A stretch of 64,000 nt of DNA from Spirochaetes bacterium GWB1_60_80 (lineage in GTDB: Bacteria > Spirochaetota > Spirochaetia > Treponematales > UBA12059), in assembly GCA_001829185.1 (NCBI GenBank), contig MIAR01000032.1:80133-144132 (forward strand), given 5' to 3'. Below the pieces are notes generated by a model. The model worked only from the letters and a program-made list of their open reading frames with translations, had not been told where the DNA came from and ran no database searches. Positions within the stretch are counted from its first letter, which is position 1. Every line of letters starts with the position of its first letter. Both the position numbers and the translations under genes were made by a program. This document shows positions 9,884 through 16,753 of this stretch, piece by piece.

Positions 9884-9936
9884 TAACAGGCTGTTGAAAA
9901 AGCCGAGCGCGGCTCTTTCAACATAGCAGACCTGCT
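9884..9936. repeat. Solo hairpin copy related to the termini of the 28.3 kb MITE
   Basis: TA-ACAGGCTGTTGAAAAAGCCGAGCGCGGCTCTTTCAACA-TAGCAGACCTGCT. The first 20 nt match the MITE right end (ACAGGTTGTTGAAAAAGCCG) at 19/20. TGTTGAAA (9892-9899) pairs with TTTCAACA (9916-9923). Confidence 0.6.
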
Positions 9937-9980
9937 GGAGATGGCCCGGGCTACTGGTTCTGTCCGGGGAAGGAGACTGC

Positions 9981-10283
9981 ATGAAAATCAAGCATATCAG
10001 CGTCGTTCTCGAGAATGCTAAAGGCAAGCCGTTCGAGATGACTGAGCTTCTTTGTCGCCATGACATTGATATCCGCAGTTTTTTTGTCAGTGTGGAGGCC
10101 GATTTAAGCGGTATTCATATCATTGTCGACAAGTCGGCACTGGCGCTGACCACTTTGCGCAAACAGGGCTATTGCGTCCGCGAGGTCGATGTCATCCGGC
10201 AAGGCTTGGTCGATACCTGGTCGAATGACAAGGTAGCCAGCCACCAGACTGTTTCCAGTTGGGAACTGGTAGAACATTTGTGA
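9981..10283 (+). CDS. ACT-domain protein (one clear ACT unit, divergent tail)
   Basis: MKIKHISVVLENAKGKPFEMTELLCRHDIDIRSFFV...IHIIVDK resembles small ACT-domain proteins. SD GGAAGGAG upstream. Confidence 0.45.
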   Translation: MKIKHISVVLENAKGKPFEMTELLCRHDIDIRSFFVSVEADLSGIHIIVDKSALALTTLRKQGYCVREVDVIRQGLVDTWSNDKVASHQTVSSWELVEHL

Positions 10284-10356
10284 AACTGGCGTTTAGTTAA
10301 GGTAATGAGTCATAAGCAATGACTAGCTGGGTAAGAGCCTTAGCGCCTGAATAAAG

Positions 10357-10391
10357 AAAAGACCGCCCCATATTTGGGAGCGGTCTTTTTT
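10357..10391. terminator. Bidirectional rho-independent terminator between convergent genes
   Basis: AAAAGACCGCCCCA-tatt-TGGGAGCGGTCTTTTTT: GC-rich stem flanked by an A-run and a T-run. Confidence 0.75.
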
Positions 10392-10423
10392 CATAGCGCG
10401 CCGGGTGAAATGTGGCTAGCCGA

Positions 10424-11707
10424 CTACTTGTCACCTTTGCCAGCGTTACTGACGGGAAGCTTTTTTGGAGTAGTCATGCTTTCCAACGCGGCTGCGACCA
10501 AGTCATTGCGGGATGCGGCGATGGCGCTCGGATGGATGGCGGTCAGCGGTCCATGATCGCCCCCGGCACCCGTGACGACTGAAACGTGTGTAGCCGGGTA
10601 CCCGGTCAGAGTGGCGGCAAAGGGTTGGAACAGTTTCTCGAAGTTGTCCAGAATCCAGGCGCGGCGAGCCTCTTTACCGGCTTCTTTCATGGTGCTCAAC
10701 GTGACCGCCAACTGGTCAAGTTCGGCTCGGGCGCTGGTTTGCTTTTCGACCATGATGGTCTTGGCCAGCAAGATGAGTCGTTCACGTTCGGCTTGCGCTG
10801 GCGTGATGACCTCCGCCTTGTAGCGATTGCGAACCATTTCGATATTCTGGGTTTCCGCGGCCACCTCGCCTTTGATGCCCGAGACGCGGGCGCGGGCATT
10901 GGCGGCTTCTTGCTCGACGCCGACTTTCTGCTCTTGCCGTTCCTGGGCCAGCTTGACGCGGACATCGGCCCTGAGTCGTTCCAGCTCGTTCTTCAAATTC
11001 TTTACTTCGGTCTCGGCGCGCCTGGCTTCGGCCTGCTCGGCGCTGGCCGCCTTGGCTTCGGCTTGGGCTTGCCGAGCCTTGGTCTCGGCATTGGCGGACT
11101 GGACGCGCTTCAGCAGCGCCATGTACAGATCTGGTTCCTCGACGCCGGGCAGTCTGTGGTCATCCACGTCGGCGATGTTCATGGTGGTGATTTCAAGGCC
11201 GATGTTTTCCAGGTCGTGCTTGCAGACGTTGATCATCTTAGCGACCAGAGTGTCCTTATCCTTCATGACCTGTTCGGGGGTCATGCTGGCGATCGAGTCG
11301 CGCAAATGGCCTTCAATAATGTCGTTGGCCACCCGGCGCAGGTCGTCGCGGTCGGCGGCCAGGCTCAAGATGCGCCGGACAGCGTGGTTGCGGCCGGTTT
11401 CATTGGCAGCGATGGCGAAGGAAACGGTGGCCTTGACGTTGAGCGGAACGATGCCGGCGGCGATGGCCGAGTCTACCACTACCTCAATGGTGATAGGCGT
11501 CAGGTCGAACTTGCTAAATTTTTGCAGCAAGGGGATGATGAAGGCCCGCCCGCCGGATAGCGTGCGGAAACCTTTCGTGCCGCCGGAACCGGAAACGACG
11601 CCCAGTTCGTTGCCGCCGACGATTTTCATATTGGTAAGCAGCTGAATTATTACGGTTAAGGCAACTAGGCCGCCGAGGGCAATTACGAAGTAAAAGGTCG
11701 GATTCAT
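10424..11707 (-). CDS. Flotillin-like SPFH/band-7 protein (second paralog)
   Basis: N-terminal TM helix, SPFH core, then a long Ala/Glu/Lys/Gln-rich coiled coil (AEAKAASAEQAEARRAETEVKNLKNELERL). ATGA overlap with the upstream gene. Confidence 0.8.
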   Translation of the reverse strand: MNPTFYFVIALGGLVALTVIIQLLTNMKIVGGNELGVVSGSGGTKGFRTLSGGRAFIIPLLQKFSKFDLTPITIEVVVDSAIAAGIVPLNVKATVSFAIAANETGRNHAVRRILSLAADRDDLRRVANDIIEGHLRDSIASMTPEQVMKDKDTLVAKMINVCKHDLENIGLEITTMNIADVDDHRLPGVEEPDLYMALLKRVQSANAETKARQAQAEAKAASAEQAEARRAETEVKNLKNELERLRADVRVKLAQERQEQKVGVEQEAANARARVSGIKGEVAAETQNIEMVRNRYKAEVITPAQAERERLILLAKTIMVEKQTSARAELDQLAVTLSTMKEAGKEARRAWILDNFEKLFQPFAATLTGYPATHVSVVTGAGGDHGPLTAIHPSAIAASRNDLVAAALESMTTPKKLPVSNAGKGDK

Positions 11708-13029
11708 CGGGCGGTCTCCTTGTTCTCGGTCGGCATGGCCAGCTCGCGCACGTCGATGCCGAAGGTATCGGCAAAAGTGTGCAGGAAATCGGCAAAGGCG
11801 CGCGGTCCACGGTTGACGGCGCCGGAGAAGCCCTCCTGGTCGTTCATGACGACCAGGTTGTCGACACTGCCGTGGGCGGTGGCTTCGGCGTAGGCTTGGT
11901 AGAGTTGGGGCAGTTTCTGCTGCAGGAAAAGGACGCTGGCCGCGTCGTTGCCGAACTTGGCCAACAGGCCAGCCTTGGTTTTCAGTATTTCGTTGCGGGC
12001 GCCTTCCAGGATGGTGATAGATTCCTTTTCGCCCTCGGCAATGATGCGGGCCGATTCTTCATTAGCTTGGGCTTCAAGGGTAACGCCTGAAGCGTTCTTC
12101 AACTTCTGGAGCTCGATCAGCTGTTGTTGAACCGAGGATTCGCCGGCGTTGCGAGCCTCGGCGATGGATTGTTCGGCCTGCAGCTTGGCTTCCTCGATAA
12201 GGCCGGCCGATTCGCGACGGTACAGCTCCAACTCCTGGCGAGCGGCGATGATCTGTTCGTCGGCTTGGGCCTTGGCCACTTCCATGCGGCGCTTGGCATC
12301 GCTCTCGGCCTGCTCGGCGATGGCATAAAGCCTGGATTCCTCAATCTCGACCTGTTGCCGTTTTTCGGCCAGGGTTTTCTGGGCCAGGTTGGCGATGTAG
12401 TTCGAGGTATCCCAGATTTTCTGCAAGGAAACCGATACGACCTTCATGCCGAAAGAACGCAAATCCGAATTGATGTCGGTCAGCAATTCAGCCCGGAACT
12501 GAGCGCGCTCGCCCATGTCGGTGGTGGTGTCGTTGTTGTTGTCGCCGACGTCTTCCATGCCAATGGCTTGTAGCGGCGTGGCTTTGTTGAGCGCGCCGCG
12601 GAAGTTGCCAATCAAGGTTTGCTGGACCTGGGCGTGGATTTGTTCCTTGCCCTTTCCCATCAGGCGCTCGACGGCGCTGTATAGCATGGCTTCGTCGCTG
12701 TCGTCGATGCAGACGCAGGCCGTGGCATCAGCGCCGACCGTGATGCCGTTGGCGCTATTGACGCCTTCGACGCGTACGGCGATCGGGAATACGCCCAGGT
12801 CGAGGCTGCCCATCGACTGGAAGTACGGAATGACCATGGTGCGGCCGCGCTCCACCGAAAAGCCGAAGGCCCGGCCGGCGTGCTTGGTCTTGCGGCCGGT
12901 AACCACCAGAATCTTGTCTGGCGATGCGACGCGGATTGTCGCCTTCAAGAGGCCAACGAGCACCAAGTAGGCCGCAATCCCCAATCCGCCGAAGATGAAG
13001 ACAGAAAAGACACCGAGGAAATCATTCAT
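11704..13029 (-). CDS. Flotillin/YqiK-like SPFH domain protein (first paralog)
   Basis: N-terminal TM helix, SPFH core, EA-rich coiled coil (EQAESDAKRRMEVAKAQADEQIIAARQELELYRRE). SD AAGGAGG. Confidence 0.8.
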   Translation of the reverse strand: MNDFLGVFSVFIFGGLGIAAYLVLVGLLKATIRVASPDKILVVTGRKTKHAGRAFGFSVERGRTMVIPYFQSMGSLDLGVFPIAVRVEGVNSANGITVGADATACVCIDDSDEAMLYSAVERLMGKGKEQIHAQVQQTLIGNFRGALNKATPLQAIGMEDVGDNNNDTTTDMGERAQFRAELLTDINSDLRSFGMKVVSVSLQKIWDTSNYIANLAQKTLAEKRQQVEIEESRLYAIAEQAESDAKRRMEVAKAQADEQIIAARQELELYRRESAGLIEEAKLQAEQSIAEARNAGESSVQQQLIELQKLKNASGVTLEAQANEESARIIAEGEKESITILEGARNEILKTKAGLLAKFGNDAASVLFLQQKLPQLYQAYAEATAHGSVDNLVVMNDQEGFSGAVNRGPRAFADFLHTFADTFGIDVRELAMPTENKETAR

Positions 13030-13117
13030 TCAAGAACCTCCTTGCAGATCAGTAATATCGCAACATATCAAAATTGTGGCATTTTGGGCAGGTACAGAGC
13101 ACTGTGGTCGGTGTCGC

Positions 13118-13930
13118 TTATTCCGGTTCAACAAAGTAGACTTCATCATCAAATTCGACGATTCGGACGCTGGTTCCCTTTGGCAAAAGGCTGGCCGCGT
13201 TCTTGGCTCGGATATACAGTTCTATCTCCCGATCATAGCTTCGCACTAGGGCTTTTCCGATCTGTCCAGGCATGACTGGGACGCTTACGATGGCCATATC
13301 CATGAGATATTCTTCCGGTTTTATGGATGAATCCAGATCCTTGCGCAAGGCCTTGCGCACCAAGCGCGAGATGATGGCGATGAACAGGCCGGCGCCTCCG
13401 CTCCACAGCATGGTGGACAGCGCGCCTTGACCGGTCAAGAGGCTGAATAGACCGGTAGGACCGGCGCCGAGCGCAAAATAGACCGAAGTACGCAGCAGAG
13501 CCACGCTCTTGGCGACCAGGCGGGTGCCGCGTTCTGCTGGTGGTTGCCAGAGGCGGACTGAGGTGGCTGGTAGCTGTTGCTCGTAGACGAGCAGACTGTG
13601 CCCGCTATCATGGCCGTCAGGATGCAGCCCGCCATCATGACCAGCTTCGTCGTCCTCGGGGCTGTCGTTCCCAGCCTCGGCGTCATCACTGGAGTTATCG
13701 GCCGCCGTGACCTCGGCGATGGTAGCGTCGCCCTCAGCCTCGTCATGGCCAGAATGGCCATCACCGGCGTCGTCCCCGTCGGCGGCGTCCTGGTCATGGG
13801 CGGCATGTTCGAACACACCGAACATATCGACAACCGTGATGCCGATGCCATAAACCGACAGGGCGGAAAACAAGATCCATAGTGTTTGCATGTACATCCT
13901 ACTGAACGGATTAGCCTTTAAGCCAGTCAT
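13118..13930 (-). CDS. NfeD/YqiJ-like membrane protein with a C-terminal OB-fold and an internal His/Asp-rich insert
   Basis: C-terminus GQIGKALVRSYDREIELYIRAKNAASLLPKGTSVRIVEFDDEVYFVEP resembles the NfeD OB domain. It sits upstream of the flotillins as in yqiJ-yqiK. The start is uncertain (ATG at 13930, 13897 or 13891); the track start 14008 is a TTG inside a tandem repeat. Confidence 0.55.
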   Translation of the reverse strand: MTGLKANPFSRMYMQTLWILFSALSVYGIGITVVDMFGVFEHAAHDQDAADGDDAGDGHSGHDEAEGDATIAEVTAADNSSDDAEAGNDSPEDDEAGHDGGLHPDGHDSGHSLLVYEQQLPATSVRLWQPPAERGTRLVAKSVALLRTSVYFALGAGPTGLFSLLTGQGALSTMLWSGGAGLFIAIISRLVRKALRKDLDSSIKPEEYLMDMAIVSVPVMPGQIGKALVRSYDREIELYIRAKNAASLLPKGTSVRIVEFDDEVYFVEPE

Positions 13931-13959
13931 TATCGATTCAAACATCAAAAAAGGCAAGC

Positions 13960-14038
13960 AAAATCCGTCCAGCGCCAAAAATGAAAAAAAATCCGTCCAG
14001 CGCGCCAAAAATGAAAGATTCCAGCGCCGCTCAAATAT
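13960..14038. repeat. 28-bp tandem direct repeat (2 full units plus a degenerate third) in the divergent nfeD/ferritin intergenic region
   Basis: ATCCGTCCAGCGCCAAAAATGAAA (13963-13986), ATCCGTCCAGCGCGCCAAAAATGAAA (13991-14016), then GATTCCAGCGCCGCTCAAATAT. Confidence 0.7.
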
Positions 14039-14155
14039 ATAGAAAATATTATATCAAGCTTGCTTTTTGATTTTTGGCTGCGTATTATTGTTTAAGCCGG
14101 GTGCGGATGATACATCGAGCTACCCGATCTTTGGACTGTCGCAAAGGAGAGAAAG

Positions 14156-14692
14156 ATGTTATCCAAGAAAATCGTTGATCGCATCAACCTTCAGATCAAT
14201 CGTGAAATGTACTCGGCTAATCTGTACATGGCTATGTCGGCCCGGCAATCCGAGACCGGCTACCTGGGCATCGCCAATTGGCTGATGGTTCAGTATCACG
14301 AAGAAATGTTCCATGCCATGAAATTTTTCAACTACCTGATCGACCAGAGCGCCTCGCCGGTAGTAGCCAAGATCGACGCTCCCGAAATCACCACCGCCGA
14401 GGTGAAGAAAACCTTCGAGCATGTTTTGGAACACGAGAAATTCGTGACTGGCTCCATCCGCGAGTTGCTGGAGTTGGCGATAGCCGAGAAGGACTATGCC
14501 ACCGAAAACCTGGTGCGCTGGTACATCAATGAGCAGGTTGAGGAAGAAAAGAATGCCACCGAGATCCTGCAGAATTTGGAGTTGCTGGGCGATAACAAGC
14601 AGGCTTTGTTCATGATTAACATTGAGTTAGGTAAACGGGTGGTGACCATTCCCGTAGACTTCACCAATTTACCTCCGGCTGTCACGCCGTAA
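14156..14692 (+). CDS. ftnA: Non-heme ferritin
   Basis: MLSKKIVDRINLQINREMYSANLYMAMSA...MVQYHEEMFHAMKFFNYL is a typical Ftn ferroxidase-centre sequence. SD AAAGGAGAG. Confidence 0.85.
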   Translation: MLSKKIVDRINLQINREMYSANLYMAMSARQSETGYLGIANWLMVQYHEEMFHAMKFFNYLIDQSASPVVAKIDAPEITTAEVKKTFEHVLEHEKFVTGSIRELLELAIAEKDYATENLVRWYINEQVEEEKNATEILQNLELLGDNKQALFMINIELGKRVVTIPVDFTNLPPAVTP

Positions 14693-14766
14693 ACGGGTTT
14701 GACTTCACAATAAATTCGAGTGAAAAGGCTGTCGCTGATCAGCCAAGGGCTTGAACAGCGACGCGC

Positions 14767-14824
14767 TTGACAAGCTACTCCTGGAAGCTTATTTTGTGTA
14801 TTGCTTGGTAATACTTGGTAATAC
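14767..14824 (+). promoter_or_regulatory. Promoter plus direct-repeat operator of the RHH-znuC-znuB operon
   Basis: TTGACA (14767-14772), 17 nt, TATTTT (14790-14795), then GTAATAC-TTG-GTAATAC (14808-14824), which is part of the exact 10-bp tandem CTTGGTAATA x2 (14804-14823). Confidence 0.55.
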
Positions 14825-14846
14825 TGACAGGTTCAAGGGGTGGTTC

Positions 14847-15140
14847 ATGAAAAAGCCGGAAGTCGTGACCTTCAAGGTCGATGAGGCCTTGATGGATTTG
14901 ATCAAGCACATACCAAACCGTTCAGAATTCATTCGACACGCCCTGCTGCACGCTCTCGACAGCGTCTGCCCACTCTGCCAGGGTACCGGTATCTTGTCCG
15001 CTAGCCAAAAAAAACATTGGGACAAGTTCCAAAAAAACCACTCCATTAAGCGTTGTGATGAATGCAACGAACTGTACATCAACTGCGTCAGCACGCCATC
15101 CTGCCAGGGTGGAGGGGAGCATAGCCATGGGCTTGATTGA
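14847..15140 (+). CDS. Ribbon-helix-helix (CopG/NikR-like) DNA-binding protein fused to a Cys-rich zinc-ribbon tail; candidate metal-responsive regulator
   Basis: Start at ATG 14847 after SD AAGGGG. RHH-like VVTFKVDEALMDLIKHIPNRSEFIRHALLHAL, then CPLCQGTG...CDECNELY...CVSTPSCQGGGEHSH. Overlaps the znuC start by 14 nt. Confidence 0.55.
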   Translation: MKKPEVVTFKVDEALMDLIKHIPNRSEFIRHALLHALDSVCPLCQGTGILSASQKKHWDKFQKNHSIKRCDECNELYINCVSTPSCQGGGEHSHGLD

Positions 15141-15897
15141 GGCGCAGGGGCTGCATTTTTCATACGGCGACCTGATGGTACTCGAAGATATCACCTTCAG
15201 TATCGAGCAGGGGCAAATGGTGACGATCATCGGGCCGAATGGCGGCGGCAAGACGACACTACTGCTTCTGGCACTGGGCTTGCTCCAGCCCAGCCGCGGG
15301 CAGCTGCTTATTAAAGGCAAGAAACCGGTGGCCATGCAGCGCATCATGGGCTATGTGCCGCAATTCAGCTTGTTCGATCCGCATTTTCCGATCACCGTGT
15401 ACGATGTCGTGTTGATGGGGCGCCTGAGCCGACCCTTTGGTTTCTATAGCAAGGCTGACCATGGGGCCGTCGACCAGGCCCTGGCGACGGTTGGCTTGTG
15501 CGAACTGGCTAGGCGTCCGTTTTCAGAGCTGTCTGGTGGGCAGCGCCAACGGGTGCTGATAGCCCGAGCCTTGGTCGGACAGCCGGAAATTTTGCTGCTC
15601 GACGAGCCGACGGCCAATGTCGACGCCAGCATCGGCGAGCACCTGAACGAACTGCTGCGGCGCTTAAACCAGCAGCTGACCATCTTGCTGGTGACTCATG
15701 ACACGGCTTTCGTGGCCAATTTCACGTCGCGCATTTTTTGCATCAACCGCAGCTTGGCCGAGCATCCCGCTCGCGGCATGGACACTGGAACGGCGGCGGA
15801 CAGTCTGTACGGCACGGCGGTGCGTGCTGTCCGGCATGACGTGCATCTGGAGACGCACAGCCATGTCGACCAGCAGGGGAGTTGCCGCCATGAGTGA
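15127..15897 (+). CDS. znuC: Metal (Zn/Mn-type) ABC transporter ATP-binding protein
   Basis: Walker A GPNGGGKT, signature LSGGQRQR, Walker B LLLDEP. His-rich C-terminus. Start at ATG 15127 (residue 25 of the track ORF). Confidence 0.8.
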   Translation: MGLIEAQGLHFSYGDLMVLEDITFSIEQGQMVTIIGPNGGGKTTLLLLALGLLQPSRGQLLIKGKKPVAMQRIMGYVPQFSLFDPHFPITVYDVVLMGRLSRPFGFYSKADHGAVDQALATVGLCELARRPFSELSGGQRQRVLIARALVGQPEILLLDEPTANVDASIGEHLNELLRRLNQQLTILLVTHDTAFVANFTSRIFCINRSLAEHPARGMDTGTAADSLYGTAVRAVRHDVHLETHSHVDQQGSCRHE

Positions 15898-16753
15898 TTT
15901 TATTGCCATTTTGTTCAGCAACACCATGCCCTTCATTCGCTATGCCTTCCTGGCCGGCCTGTTAGCTAGCGCCGCCTTTGGCATTGTCGGCTCCCTGGTG
16001 GTGGTCAAGCGAATCTCGTATATCGCGGGTGCCATTAGCCATGCTGCCTTGGGCGGTATCGGCGGTGCCTTATACCTGCAGTACCATTTCGGCTGGGCTT
16101 GGGTGACGCCGATCGGCGGGGCCATCGTTAGCGCGTTGCTGGCTGGAGGCATTATCTCGTTCGTCAATTTGCGTTTCAAACAGCGCGAAGATACCATCAT
16201 TGGCATAATCTGGGCCGTGGGCATGGCGACTGGCCTGTTGTTCCTGGCCAAGACGCCCGGCTACGTTGATCCGATGAGCTACCTATTCGGCAATATCTTG
16301 ATTATTGGAAAAGCTGATCTGGTGTTGATCGTCTTACTCGATCTGGTGGTCCTGGTTGTCACCGTATTGTTTTATAATCATTTTGTGGCGGTATCGTTTG
16401 ACGAGCCGTTTGCCAAGGTGCGTGGTTTGAAAACCGGTTTTTACCAGGGTCTGCTGATCATCCTGACGGCCGTCACGGTGGTGCTGATGACTACGCTGGT
16501 CGGTATCGTGATGGTGATTGCCCTGCTGACCATACCAGCGGCGGTGGCTGGCCTGATGACGAGGCAACTCAAGTTCATGATGCCGGTGGCGGCGTTGACT
16601 TGTATGGTCTTTACCTCAGGCGGGCTGGCCCTGAGCTATGCCTGGGACGTACCATCCGGCGCTGTCATCATTCTGTTGGCCTCGGCCAGCTACCTTTCCT
16701 TGCTGGCCGGCAAGCAGGTGATCGGCCGGCTCAGGCAGGGTCGCCGGACATAA
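15890..16753 (+). CDS. znuB: Metal ABC transporter permease (ABC-3 family)
   Basis: Hydrophobic 287 aa (FIRYAFLAGLLASAAFGIVGSLVVVKRISYIAGAISHAALGG). ATG 15890 overlaps the znuC stop (15895-15897). Confidence 0.8.
   Translation: MSDFIAILFSNTMPFIRYAFLAGLLASAAFGIVGSLVVVKRISYIAGAISHAALGGIGGALYLQYHFGWAWVTPIGGAIVSALLAGGIISFVNLRFKQREDTIIGIIWAVGMATGLLFLAKTPGYVDPMSYLFGNILIIGKADLVLIVLLDLVVLVVTVLFYNHFVAVSFDEPFAKVRGLKTGFYQGLLIILTAVTVVLMTTLVGIVMVIALLTIPAAVAGLMTRQLKFMMPVAALTCMVFTSGGLALSYAWDVPSGAVIILLASASYLSLLAGKQVIGRLRQGRRT

Noticed and set aside
10191-10283. Possible frameshift truncating a two-ACT-domain protein to 100 aa
   Set aside because: The alternative frames give only short, weakly ACT-like peptides (for example SIPGRMTR) before stops. 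The evidence is too thin to call a pseudogene.
10586-11560. Long ORFs antisense to real genes, for example 10586..11560(+), 23702..24664(-), 26830..27630(+), 38351..39169(-) and 52388..53422(+)
   Set aside because: Their translations are Gly/Arg/Ala/Pro-rich low-complexity sequence typical of the opposite strand of GC-rich genes. Each lies fully inside a gene with clear family motifs, and none has its own start context.
13931-14008. N-terminal extension of the NfeD-like ORF from TTG 14008
   Set aside because: The extension is a translation of the 28-bp tandem repeat and A-runs. It has no SD, and the family normally starts directly at the first TM helix.
13960-14038. Tandem repeats here and at 35147-35203, considered as a mini-CRISPR array
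   Set aside because: There are only 2-3 units, head-to-tail without spacers. The units are 19-28 bp, and there are no cas genes in the window.
16731-16753. 23-nt convergent overlap of the proS and znuB 3-prime ends
   Set aside because: This is a common consequence of compact genomes, and there is no additional structure or motif. I note it only because no terminator can sit between the genes.
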